Program-made: the position numbers and the translations under genes | Notes under the pieces: model-generated | What the model was told of the DNA's origin: nothing | Database searches by the model: none | Seen by the model: the letters and a program-made list of their open reading frames with translations, nothing else | Assembly: GCA_963769935.1 (NCBI GenBank) | Contig: CAVYNY010000010.1 | Coordinates: 1-64,000 of the forward strand | DNA: 64,000 nucleotides | Source of the DNA: an uncultured delta proteobacterium | GTDB taxonomy: Bacteria; Desulfobacterota; Desulfobacteria; Desulfobacterales; JAFDCJ01 | Direction of reading: 5' to 3' | Shown here: piece after piece, positions 9,797-19,252 of the stretch | Numbering within the stretch: the stretch's first letter is position 1 | Layout of the letters: each line of letters opens with the position of its first letter

Positions 9797-10617
9797 TTCA
9801 AACGGGCAAGGAAATGGGGCGAGTGATAGAATCTCTGAAAGGAAAAAACGCATTGATCACAGGCGCTGCCAGGGGAATCGGCCAGGTTGTCGCCCATCAA
9901 CTCGCGCGAAACGGGGCATGCGTAGGACTTATCGACATTCTGCCGGAAGTTCAGTATTCGGCGAGCAAAGTTGTCGAAACGGGAACCAACAGCGCCTGGG
10001 CTATTGTGGATATTTCCGACCCCTGTCAGGTAGATGCGGGGGTGGAGGAGATTCGTTCGAAGATCGGCGATATCGATATCCTGGTCAATAACGCAGGGAT
10101 AGTAAACAACATCGCTCCATTGAAAGAAATGACGCATGAAGCGTGGAACCGGGAAGTGTCCGTCAATCTTTCCGGTGCGTTTAATATGATTCAAGCGGTT
10201 ATTCGTCCTATGGCGGAAAACAAATGGGGCCGAATTATAAATGTCTCTTCTCTCGGTGCCTCAGGTGGGCTGAAATTTCAGGCCGCATACGCAGCCAGCA
10301 AAGCCGGATTGCTGGGTCTGACCAAAACCGTTACGTTGGAACATGCTTGTGACGGCATCACCTGCAATGCAATCCTGCCGGGTATGATTCAAACGGAAAT
10401 GGTTCAACGGATGCCTGATGAAATCATCCAAAATGCAAAGGCCGCAATTCCGAGCGGGCGATTTGGAAGAATGGAAGAAGTGGCTGCGCTGATCGCTTTT
10501 CTGGCAACGGATGAAGCAGGATTTATCAACGGCGCTGAAATTCATATTGACGGCGGTATGCGATTGAACCAGAGCAGTTTAGGCAGTCGACAGAAAGTAT
10601 CCAAAAAACCCAAATGA
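9793..10617 (+). CDS. SDR oxidoreductase (FabG-like)
   Basis: TGAARGIG, NNAG, YAASK. Confidence 0.92.
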   Translation: MIQTGKEMGRVIESLKGKNALITGAARGIGQVVAHQLARNGACVGLIDILPEVQYSASKVVETGTNSAWAIVDISDPCQVDAGVEEIRSKIGDIDILVNNAGIVNNIAPLKEMTHEAWNREVSVNLSGAFNMIQAVIRPMAENKWGRIINVSSLGASGGLKFQAAYAASKAGLLGLTKTVTLEHACDGITCNAILPGMIQTEMVQRMPDEIIQNAKAAIPSGRFGRMEEVAALIAFLATDEAGFINGAEIHIDGGMRLNQSSLGSRQKVSKKPK

Positions 10618-10747
10618 CATGAGGGCTTTTTTGTTTTTTTTAAAGGAATGGGGAAATGTATCGCAGAAAATTTCGCGAAGCCTTCCCGTAGGATTTTGAT
10701 GATGGGCCTTTGGGCGCATCGGAACCCCTTTTGAACCGGAATTAAAA

Positions 10748-11137
10748 ATGCGAAAGATACGTGTACTGATCGGCACTCTCGGTATGGACCAGCATGAGGT
10801 TGGCGCGATTGCCGTGGCACGAATGCTGCGGGATGCCGGAATGGAAGTTATTTATATTTCAAAATTCAACTTGCCGGCAGGCATTGTGACAACAAGTCTG
10901 CAGGAGGATGTGGATGTCATCGGCCTCAGTTGCCATTCGTGGGAATATCTGCACTACGTTCCGGATTTGTTGAAACTGCTGAAGGAGAACCAGGCAGATA
11001 TTCCTGTCGTGTTGGGCGGATCTGTCATTACTCCGCAGGATCAGCGAGAGTTGATGGAAATGGGTGTTTCGGCATCATTCGGTTCCGGCGCGGAAGAGAA
11101 TTGCATTGTAGGCAAAATTCGTGAGTTGGCCGGATAA
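10748..11137 (+). CDS. Cobalamin-binding small subunit of the mutase
   Basis: DQHEVG (DxHxxG), VIGLS, VVLGG. Confidence 0.9.
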   Translation: MRKIRVLIGTLGMDQHEVGAIAVARMLRDAGMEVIYISKFNLPAGIVTTSLQEDVDVIGLSCHSWEYLHYVPDLLKLLKENQADIPVVLGGSVITPQDQRELMEMGVSASFGSGAEENCIVGKIRELAG

Positions 11138-11327
11138 CCCGGGAGTTCGATTTTTAATACCTGAATTTTGCACGACGAATCAGAATGAAAGTAGAAACCA
11201 TCTGGGAATCCTTTTATAAAGGGAGCCAAGCAACTCCCACTTAGATCATGTCCTCGTTTTTTCCGAATGAAACCCCAGTACAACGGGGCTTCAGGAATTA
11301 AGCCAATTTTTACAGAAAGGAAAAATT

Positions 11328-12902
11328 ATGAACAAGGATTTGCAGGAAAATTTACTTAGGAGAGCCACCATTGGAGATTTGGTTGCTCGTTCAGCTGTGC
11401 GTTTTGGAAATAGAATCGCATTGGTGTCGGGAGAAAAACAGGTAAGTTTTAAGGAGTTGAATGAACAGAGTTGTCGAGCAGCAAACTCATTTCTTGCGCT
11501 CGGCATTAAACGAGGTGATCGAGTGGCGTTTATGACGCACAACTGCCTGGAGTTTGTCTACCTGAGACTCGGTCTGGCAAAAATCGGCGCGGCTCCGGTT
11601 CCACTGAATTTTATGCTCAAGGGTGATGAGATTGGTTTTATCCTCAAGCACTCGGAACCTGCCGCGTTCTTTGTGGAAGACAGCCTAGTTGAAACCGTTT
11701 TACAGGTCAAGGGCGAGCCGTTTGAAATCAACACATTTGGTGTTTTTGATTTTGGCGCAGAATGCCAGATGCCTGAAGGGTGGATTAAGGCTGTTGATCT
11801 TGTTGATTCCAGTGTCTCTGCAAAAGAGCCTGAAGTCTTGGTTGAATCGGACGATATGGCAACTCTGATGTACACGACAGGCACAGAAAGTTTTCCAAAA
11901 GGGGTTATGACGTCTCATTTGAATTATTTCATGAGCATGTTTCATTTCTCCTCTGACTGCGATTTCAAGAACGACGATACGCTGATTATCGACATTCCCC
12001 TTTTCCATGTTGCAGGGACGACGATCCTGATGGCCTCCATCAGTTTTGGATCAAAGGCTATTCTGGAATATGCTGCGGACCCGAAGGTCACGTTGCAACG
12101 AACCCAGTCGGAAAAAGTCACTACCTGGGTCTATCCACCGACTTTATATCATGCGCTGCCGACAGTTCCAGGTTTTGAGAATTTTGACATCTCCTCCCTG
12201 AAAAAGTGTATCTGTTTCGGTGCTGTGATGCCGCAAGTGGTCTTGGAGAACTGGATGAAGATCAAGCCTGACATTCAATGGAGAAACTACTGGGGACAGA
12301 CTGAAAGCTCCCCTGTTGGCACAACCTCTATTCCTAAGGAGTTTTCCCAAAAAATCAACTCCATTGGCATTCCAGATACCGGTGTGACTATAAAAGTGTT
12401 TGATGATGAAGACCAGGAACTACCTCTCGGGGAAGTGGGTGAATTGGTTATTCGGGGACCTGCCGTCATGAAGGGATACTGGAAAGATGAAAAAAAAACG
12501 CAGGAGACCTTAAGGAATGGCTGGCTGCATACAGGTGACCTTGGGTACCAGGATGATGATGGATACATCTTTTTCGTTGATCGGAAGAAGGATATGATCA
12601 AATCGGGTGGCGAAAATGTGTCTTCTCAAGAAGTCGAAGCCATGCTGCTCAGAAATCCAAAAGTCGCTCAGTCCGCCGTTATCGGGACTCCCGATCCATA
12701 CTGGACTGAATTGGTAACCGCCTTTGTCTTGCTTAAACCGGAAAACCAAGCTACGGAAGAGGAGATTATCGATTTTTGTAAAGAAAATATGGCGGGCTAT
12801 AAAGTCCCTAAAAAGGTTGTCTTTGTAGATAGTTTCCCCATGTCGGCTACCGGAAAGCTGCTCAAACGAAAGGTGAAAGACGAATACATTAAAGCAAACT
12901 AA
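11328..12902 (+). CDS. Acyl-CoA synthetase (AMP-binding)
   Basis: YTTGTESFPKG, WGQTE, HTGD, DRKKDMIKSGGENV. Confidence 0.92.
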   Translation: MNKDLQENLLRRATIGDLVARSAVRFGNRIALVSGEKQVSFKELNEQSCRAANSFLALGIKRGDRVAFMTHNCLEFVYLRLGLAKIGAAPVPLNFMLKGDEIGFILKHSEPAAFFVEDSLVETVLQVKGEPFEINTFGVFDFGAECQMPEGWIKAVDLVDSSVSAKEPEVLVESDDMATLMYTTGTESFPKGVMTSHLNYFMSMFHFSSDCDFKNDDTLIIDIPLFHVAGTTILMASISFGSKAILEYAADPKVTLQRTQSEKVTTWVYPPTLYHALPTVPGFENFDISSLKKCICFGAVMPQVVLENWMKIKPDIQWRNYWGQTESSPVGTTSIPKEFSQKINSIGIPDTGVTIKVFDDEDQELPLGEVGELVIRGPAVMKGYWKDEKKTQETLRNGWLHTGDLGYQDDDGYIFFVDRKKDMIKSGGENVSSQEVEAMLLRNPKVAQSAVIGTPDPYWTELVTAFVLLKPENQATEEEIIDFCKENMAGYKVPKKVVFVDSFPMSATGKLLKRKVKDEYIKAN

Positions 12903-12977
12903 GACAACACTTGTAGTAGGTGCGTTTGCACAATAACACTTTTAATGAATTTGACTTAAAAACAAAAGAGAGGAATA

Positions 12978-13874
12978 ATGTCTGAAAAAACAGTTCTTTA
13001 TAAAACCGACGGGAGACTGGCCATCATCACCTTGAACCGTCCCGACAAATTTAATTGTATTCGTCCTCCGATGACCGAAGAGCTGGAAGATGCACTCAAA
13101 CAGGCCAATGCAGATAGAGAGGTTCGAGTGATCATTCTCCAGGGGGCGGGTAAGGCTTTTTGTGCGGGGTTTGATTTTTCTGAGAACCTTGATCATTTCA
13201 AGAGCTGGGGAATTGATGTGACAGGTGAACAATGGGATCCGGGTGTCGATATGATGGGTGTCACCAATCCATTTACCGGGCCGGTGCCAAAATTTATGGG
13301 AATCTGGAGAGGTCCAAAACCGGTAATTGCCAAAGTTCATGGCTGGTGTGTGGGAGGGGGCTCAGACATGGCGCTGCTTTCAGATATCATTATCGCTGCC
13401 GAGGATGCAAGAATCGGAACTCCATACTCCAGGGTTTGGGGTTGCTATCTGACAGGGATGTGGATTTATCGCCTGGGACTGACAAAGGTCAAAGAGCTGG
13501 CGTTAACAGGGGATTGTTTATCTGGAAAGCGGGCCCATGAAATCGGTTTGATCAACCGGGCAGTCCCAGCTGACAAGCTGAATGAAGAGGTTCTTGCCTG
13601 GGCCAATAAGATGGCTCAATGCCCCACCACCCAATTGGCGGCGATGAAACTGATTGTAAATCAAACGCTGGACAATATGGGACTTCAGTCTACCCAGACC
13701 CTGGGTATGATTTTGGATGGGGGTATGAGAAATACGCCGGAAGGGTTGGCGTTTGTAGAGCTGGCAAAATCCGAGGGCGTGGGCGCTGCCATCGCTAAAC
13801 GAGACGGACCCTTTAATGATTACTCCATGGGCCCCAAGGAGAATCAACCTTTTGGTGTCCCGGAGATGTTGTAA
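12978..13874 (+). CDS. Crotonase/enoyl-CoA hydratase family protein
   Basis: LNRPDKFN, AFCAGFD, KPVIAKVHGWCVGGG. Confidence 0.9.
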   Translation: MSEKTVLYKTDGRLAIITLNRPDKFNCIRPPMTEELEDALKQANADREVRVIILQGAGKAFCAGFDFSENLDHFKSWGIDVTGEQWDPGVDMMGVTNPFTGPVPKFMGIWRGPKPVIAKVHGWCVGGGSDMALLSDIIIAAEDARIGTPYSRVWGCYLTGMWIYRLGLTKVKELALTGDCLSGKRAHEIGLINRAVPADKLNEEVLAWANKMAQCPTTQLAAMKLIVNQTLDNMGLQSTQTLGMILDGGMRNTPEGLAFVELAKSEGVGAAIAKRDGPFNDYSMGPKENQPFGVPEML

Positions 13875-13946
13875 TTTTTTTTAACCTGTCCGCCTGGGGA
13901 CAGCCGGTCCCTCAGCTATTCCAAACCCTGACTCAATGGAATTGCT

Positions 13947-14155
13947 ATGTTTCTTGAAGGTAAGAAAATTCTGATCACCGGTGCTGCCCGTGGGATTGGC
14001 CGAACCATGGCTCTGATGATGGCAGACGAGGGCGCAGATCTTGGATTGATTGACCGAAATCCCTCCGTTGAAGAAACGGCTGAGGAGATCCGTAAAAAAG
14101 GAGGTCAGGTTGAGGCCGGAATACTGGATATTTCAAAACCGGACCAGGTAAATGT
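13947..14155 (+). pseudogene. Truncated SDR oxidoreductase
   Basis: TGAARGIG N-terminus; similarity ends after about 68 aa. Confidence 0.8.
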
Positions 14156-14240
14156 AGAAAAGAAATGGGTGTCACCCATTAAAGGGTGGGTCAAGAGAAA
14201 AAACACCCCCTTGATCAAAAAAACCACTTTTTGATTGACC

Positions 14241-14351
14241 GTTGATGGATTCCTGAAAAGCCCGACTCATATGTTGACTATTGAGCGCCGGTAAGGATCT
14301 ACGAGGCTATTAATTCAAAGATAATTTCAGGCTTTTTAGGAATCCATCAAC
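14241..14351. mobile_element. MITE-like element with 22-bp terminal inverted repeats
   Basis: GTTGATGGATTCCTGAAAAGCC / GGCTTTTTAGGAATCCATCAAC, one mismatch. Confidence 0.75.
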
Positions 14352-14686
14352 CTTATCGCTTGCTCAGCCAGTCTCGTTTTTTCGCCCGGTTCGCGTCCGC
14401 TATTTCGTTCTTATAGGTTTACGGATAGTATTTTCTGATCCGCACCAGTCACCCATCAGGTTCAAGGCGTTTGTGCTTTAAGCCCACGGCTTGAAAACAC
14501 GGCCCCTGGTCCGCTTGGACCCCAGAAATTCTTCGGTACCATACCGTGTTCAATTGGATGGGTTACAAATCTTGTGGTTATTAGCCAACCCCTTGTGGAC
14601 TCACGGCATAGGCGAATCAGGATCTAAAACGATCACGGCCTGGTTATTTGTGGGTGCAGCAGCTGCCAATCACATCTGGTGGTTTA

Positions 14687-14789
14687 TTACCAACCGGATG
14701 AACCAGACAGGAAAAACTATGGGGTTTTACGTAAATGCTGTGCTGTATTGCAATTTATCAAGCCTGCTGGTTATCCGCAAACGTTCGCA
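14687..14789 (+). mobile_element. attC-like site
   Basis: CGGATGAACCAGACAGG / CCTGCTGGTTATCCG, ending GTTCGCA. Confidence 0.65.
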
Positions 14790-14812
14790 ATAGGAAATGA
14801 AATGGAGAATTA

Positions 14813-15025
14813 ATGGATCCTGAAAAAATAATAAATGGATTGTCAAAAGAATTAGCTTCCGAATTGAAAGCAATGTCGAAAGCCAAAGATATTAATGAAA
14901 AAGAAGTCCATAGTCGTATTGTGAAGAATTTATGTGAATCTTTGGGTGTCTTCTTTGATTTGGCAAGCGAAATGATGCCTTTTGATTTTGATGGTGATTC
15001 AGATAAAGAAGATATCCCTTTTTGA
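14813..15025 (+). CDS. Small acidic hypothetical protein (cassette gene)
   Basis: GGAG RBS; directly follows an attC-like site. Confidence 0.65.
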   Translation: MDPEKIINGLSKELASELKAMSKAKDINEKEVHSRIVKNLCESLGVFFDLASEMMPFDFDGDSDKEDIPF

Positions 15026-15184
15026 GGGAACGTTCGCACAGTTGAAATGCCACAAACAAAATGCCGGCTGCGAGCCAGTCGGTCAAGAAGACCGGGTACG
15101 CGCAGCGATCAAGATCTTTGCACTTGTTATCCCGGGGCATGTTCGCGTGTTTCATAACAACGAACTTGCCGAGGCAACGCGATG

Positions 15185-15345
15185 GATAAGAGAGTAGATT
15201 ATCCTATTGCCGATGAATTTGTTCTTGCTCCACTTAATACGCAAGAAGTAGAAGATGTAATGATGTTCTTAAATCATTCGTGTGAGCCAAACGTTGGAGT
15301 TCTTGAACAAATTGTATTTGTAGCAATGCAAAATATTGATGGCGG
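15185..15345 (+). pseudogene. SET-domain protein fragment
   Basis: FLNHSCEPNV motif; N-terminus and post-SET region absent. Confidence 0.6.
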
Positions 15346-15382
15346 GTTATGCCTTTGGCTGGAATTGGAATGCAAGGATGTG

Positions 15383-15784
15383 TCATTTATTTGAGGATAG
15401 AATTTTCAATGAAAGATGTGAAACCATTGGATCAAAGTCGCGGTCATCATGCAACAATTGAAGATCCTCCAAAATGCAATATGTGCCGATGATAACGTCG
15501 ATTGTTTTACGAACCGTCACGCCTTTTTTTCTTAATGTCCTGTAATTTTGAGCACTTTGAACAGCAACCTGATACCCTCCCATACGGTGGAACGGCAAGT
15601 CGCTCAAAAAGGATTTGGCAGTTTTATAATCATTATCCGATCGAAATCCTTGTAATATTTCGGTCAGAATTAAATCTCCCATGATGATGGGCACATCTGA
15701 TAAAAGATTTTCCAACAGATCCGTCTGCCATGTTTTTGGGCCGTTGAAATAATCGATCCAAACAGAAGTGTCGACCAGTATCAT
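15383..15784 (-). CDS. vapC: PIN-domain toxin VapC
   Basis: MILVDTSVWID, EILQG, TIDVII, HDDRDF. Confidence 0.9.
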   Translation of the reverse strand: MILVDTSVWIDYFNGPKTWQTDLLENLLSDVPIIMGDLILTEILQGFRSDNDYKTAKSFLSDLPFHRMGGYQVAVQSAQNYRTLRKKGVTVRKTIDVIIGTYCILEDLQLLHDDRDFDPMVSHLSLKILSSNK

Positions 15785-15975
15785 TGGTCTAATCTCATTT
15801 TTTCAAGGTCGCCATCCCAATTTAACTTTCCGCGCAAGCCTTTAATGCGCTCCTGTTTCTTAATTTGGATTAATAGCCGCAACCCAGTTTCAACAACTGC
15901 TTTTTTAGTTTTCAATTGGCTTAGCTTAATAGCCTCAGCCATAAGTTTGTCATCAATAACGATATTTGTGCGCAT
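15781..15975 (-). CDS. vapB: VapB antitoxin
   Basis: MRTNIVIDDKLM...KTKKAVVE; 4-bp overlap with vapC. Confidence 0.88.
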   Translation of the reverse strand: MRTNIVIDDKLMAEAIKLSQLKTKKAVVETGLRLLIQIKKQERIKGLRGKLNWDGDLEKMRLDQ

Positions 15976-16070
15976 AATTAATTTCCTTGTGTACGCTTTT
16001 GTGGAAATATGCACATTAATAATGTATAATGCAAGTCGATAATAAAATTTGTTTAAAATAAGATAGCGAG

Positions 16071-16175
16071 GCATAATAATGCCACTGGAGCAGACGGCGT
16101 GAAGATAGCGGTCCACCGTAAAGGCACCGCAAGGTTGGTCTGAAGGGGGGCCGCTGCTCACCAGCGGCGTTCGGT
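16071..16175 (+). mobile_element. attC-like site
   Basis: GCCACTGGAGCAGACGGC / GCCGCTGCTCACCAGCGGC-GTTCGGT; related to the site at 27646-27749. Confidence 0.65.
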
Positions 16176-16432
16176 GCGTCAACAAGATCAGGAAGCGGAA
16201 AACTGGAGAAAGGATAATCGTTTATTATCTTAAATACGGGAATATAGGGGGACGGGTATTGATTTATTGATTAAGCAGCAACAAATCACCCAACCAAATG
16301 ATTGAGCAGATGCCTAAAGGCTGATTATATTAAATCTGTTGCATTCTTTGAAATCGTATTTTTTATTTGAACTATTACGCCATTAATCCAGCCCTGCTCA
16401 TCATCGTCGTTACTGTCAAGATAAAAATTTTA

Positions 16433-16556
16433 TCCCAACAATGGCATAAAGATGGACGGGCTATAAGCTGCTGTTTATGTCGAACCGGACTTTTTCAAAA
16501 GCTGAACTTTTTTCAACGTCCATGGTTCGCACCGCCCGCCACTTATGCCTTTAGGC
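16433..16556 (+). mobile_element. attC-like site (right core degenerate)
   Basis: TCCCAAC-AAT-GGCATAAAGATGGACGGGC / GCCCGCCACTTATGCC-TTTAGGC. Confidence 0.65.
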
Positions 16557-16573
16557 TTCAACAAAGAATTGCA

Positions 16574-17416
16574 ATGAATATGTCACTCTTAAAAGATAAA
16601 GAATGCCTTAAGGCGTTAGAAGATGCGGGTGCAAAAAGGGTAGCATTTGTATACCACCTGAATATTGACGACATTAGTGGTTATGAAAAATGGCTAAGTG
16701 AAAGCAAAAATAACTTTAGTGGCAAGAGGTTATTCCGAGTTAAAGCTGATCCTGTCGCTCGGGAAGGGATGCTAATAGATGAAATCGTGATTGACGAGTT
16801 TCCATCAACCCAGGCTGCTTTCGAGTTTATGTCGATCTTCGATGATATACTAAAGCGAGTTTGTACTGAATATACTGTTCTTATAATTGTGCCGGAACCA
16901 TCGGTTACTTTTTATTTGGTTAAAGGTATCTCTTGGCTTATTCAGTTGTTTAGAGGCGTCACTGATAGGGGCATTCCTAGTGCGAATTGGAAAGCTGATA
17001 ATATTGCTGTGTGGCCAGATGAGAATCAAATGAAAGTTGCAAGATCCCAAGATCTTGATGAGCCTCTTTTTGTTTACAACCTGAATAAATACAAACCAGT
17101 TGCCGACTATAAGGATTCAGGCGAAGACACCAAAAGGATCAGCGGCAAAGAAGCCTATGATCGTTATTCAAAAATTGCCGGCCGTGAGCTACTGCGCAGA
17201 GGTGCATATCCAGTTTATGGTGGAAAGCCCCTTTGTCTCTTTGGCAGTCGCGAGGATTGTATGTTGGCAGATCACTGGGATCATTTCATATTTGTTCGTT
17301 ATCCTCAACGTCGAAATCTTTTGGCAATTATAGAAAGTGACGAATTTCACAAAGGGGAAGTCCATCGCAACGCTGGGCTGGAACGTGTTGCGCTTTTTAT
17401 GGCAAAAAAAGCCTAA
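16574..17416 (+). CDS. DUF1330-like domain protein (cassette gene)
   Basis: NLNKY, ISGKEAYDRY, WDHFIFVRYP, HRNAGLER; stop lies inside GCCTAAC. Confidence 0.7.
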   Translation: MNMSLLKDKECLKALEDAGAKRVAFVYHLNIDDISGYEKWLSESKNNFSGKRLFRVKADPVAREGMLIDEIVIDEFPSTQAAFEFMSIFDDILKRVCTEYTVLIIVPEPSVTFYLVKGISWLIQLFRGVTDRGIPSANWKADNIAVWPDENQMKVARSQDLDEPLFVYNLNKYKPVADYKDSGEDTKRISGKEAYDRYSKIAGRELLRRGAYPVYGGKPLCLFGSREDCMLADHWDHFIFVRYPQRRNLLAIIESDEFHKGEVHRNAGLERVALFMAKKA

Positions 17417-17702
17417 CAAAGCAAATTAACTTATATGAAACTACATCTCACACAGAGCGCTCAGAGATCACAGAGGTTTGGGGTTACAGCCGCCTGCGGC
17501 GAAAGAAAAATGTTCTCCGCGGTCTCTGTGAGCTCTAACGGCTTGTCGGGTCGTAGCTCGAAGAGCGAAGCCTGAAAGTGGGCGTGATATCAAACTGTGT
17601 CCGAGTTCCTAAAAGTTTCTTTTATCGATCAGACTGGACGCTCGCGACCAGCGACGCCGCTCGTATGCAAATTCCGCTGCGCTCGTTTTGCACCGGTTAT
17701 TT
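17411..17702 (+). mobile_element. attC-like site split by a dispersed repeat
   Basis: GCCTAAC-AAAGCAAATTAAC [insert] TGCAAATTCCGCTGCGCTCGTTTTGCACCGGTTATTT. Confidence 0.55.
17433..17665. repeat. Dispersed non-coding repeat of about 200-230 bp, copy 1
   Basis: Near-identical to 37640-37850. Confidence 0.9.
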
Positions 17703-17703
17703 A

Positions 17704-17790
17704 ATGAAAAATAAAAAACTTCCTCCCATTCATCCTGGAGAAATTCTCATGGAGGAATTCTTTAAACCAATGGGGATCAGTCAATATCTC
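17704..17790 (+). pseudogene. higA: HigA-family antitoxin N-terminal fragment
   Basis: MKNKKLPPIHPGEILMEEFFKPMGISQY, then similarity lost. Confidence 0.75.
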
Positions 17791-17940
17791 CGAAGACAGC
17801 ACTGCGAACCTACTGAGATCTTTGTCATCTGAGAGGGTCAATGACCTTGAGGCGATAATGAGAGACCTTGAGATTTATATGGACATTCCATATATTGCCT
17901 CCATTAACTGCAATTTAAAAAATAGCAGCCGGGACGCAGT

Positions 17941-18080
17941 CGCGAGAAGGGGGTTGCGGCGGGACGCCGGCCCGAATTAACGAGAGGTGGATTGGTGAGA
18001 AGCGCCGGATGATGGTCCCCATTTTTGCTATTTGCAAAAGTCAGTGGAAGCCCTTGCTGCCCCTGACCGCAGCGTTCGGC
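17941..18080 (+). mobile_element. Degenerate attC-like site
   Basis: GTTGCGGCGGGAC / CCCCTGACCGCAGC-GTTCGGC. Confidence 0.4.
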
Positions 18081-18137
18081 TAGGGTAAAATCACCTTGAT
18101 AACGAAAAATCTAATGGTTTTGATATTAAGATGGCCG

Positions 18138-18183
18138 TTGACAACTTTATCAATCCACCTTAGACTAGTCTTAAACTAGTCTA
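18138..18183 (+). promoter_or_regulatory. Sigma70 promoter with overlapping TA operator palindrome
   Basis: TTGACA-17 bp-TAGACT; TAGACTAGT-CTTAA-ACTAGTCTA. Confidence 0.75.
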
Positions 18184-18195
18184 AGGAGGTATGCC

Positions 18196-18435
18196 GTGGA
18201 AACCGTAGGTGCTTATGAAGCCAAAACCCATCTTCCTAAATTGCTGGAACGCGTGCTTAAGGGTGAGCGTATAACCATTACAAAACATGGTATTCCTGTA
18301 GCCGTATTACAACCCCCTGATCCTGCAAAAAAAGTGGATGCCCGATCCGTCATTGTTGAACTTAGAAAATTCCGTAACAAACATAGTCTTGGTGGAACCT
18401 CAATTCGGGACATGATTGAAGAAGGAAGGCGATAA
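18196..18435 (+). CDS. Phd/YefM family antitoxin
   Basis: VGAYEAKTHLPKLLERV, ITITKHGIPVA. Confidence 0.9.
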   Translation: METVGAYEAKTHLPKLLERVLKGERITITKHGIPVAVLQPPDPAKKVDARSVIVELRKFRNKHSLGGTSIRDMIEEGRR

Positions 18436-18852
18436 ATGATCGAGCAATTCGTTGTCGATAATTCTGTTGTAATGTCATGGTGCTTCAAAGATGAAACAAA
18501 CAATTACGCCGATACCATCCTGGACAAGTTCACAGAATCAGCTGCCGTTGTTCCATCGATCTGGCCCCTTGAAGTTGTGAATGTTTTGTTAGTGGCCGAA
18601 CGACAAAAGCGGCTCAGTGAATCAGATAGTATTCGGTTTCTAACTTTATTATCTCAACTTCCGATCATTGTGGAATATGAACGCCCAGAGATGATGAAGG
18701 AGCTTTTGGCATTGGCACGGTCAAACAATCTATCGAGTTATGATGCCTCATATCTGGATCTTGCAATGAGGAAAGGCTTTCCAATAGCCACGCTGGACAA
18801 CAGGCTGATCGTAGCAGCCAGAAGGATTAATGTTCCAGTTCTATCAACTTGA
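18436..18852 (+). CDS. vapC: PIN-domain toxin VapC
   Basis: VVDNSVVMSW, LEVVN, YDASYLDLA, ATLD. Confidence 0.9.
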   Translation: MIEQFVVDNSVVMSWCFKDETNNYADTILDKFTESAAVVPSIWPLEVVNVLLVAERQKRLSESDSIRFLTLLSQLPIIVEYERPEMMKELLALARSNNLSSYDASYLDLAMRKGFPIATLDNRLIVAARRINVPVLST

Positions 18853-19089
18853 TGAAGCTCCCCGCAGCAAGCTGCAGGGTATTCGGGCGAAGGCAAATAA
18901 ATTTCGGGAAGCTTTGAGGAAGCATTATGGGTAAAGGCGATAGGATGAAGCGTTTGCGAAGAGAGCCAAAGCTGGGGTTGAAGAAGACATTGTCAGATCG
19001 CCTAACAATGAACTTTCAAAAAGAGATTCGCAACTCGAAGATATGGGACCAGATGGTAGCAGAATTTGGATCGAAAGTTTGGGCTCTGT

Positions 19090-19215
19090 GCTTGTAGGGT
19101 ATGACTTTGACTGGTTGGTGGATCGAGTGCTCGGTTTATTCGGCCTTACTTTCAACGAGTTATTGACTGGCGGAAAGCTAAGAAGAACGGCACAGGCTCG
19201 AAGCGTGATATGTTA
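19090..19215 (+). pseudogene. Probable C-terminal HTH remnant of a Y1 transposase
   Basis: GYDFDWLVDRV...ARSVICY recalled from such C-termini. Confidence 0.4.
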
Positions 19216-19252
19216 CCCGGTACTTCTGCAATAGTCAGAAGAGGTGTGATTC

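Noticed and set aside
10618..10747. Cobalamin riboswitch near the mutase genes
   Set aside because: No B12-box or conserved core recognisable by eye; an Rfam scan would be needed
16367..16573. N-terminal extension of the 349-aa ORF
   Set aside because: Runs through an attC-like site; ATG 16574 is the more plausible start
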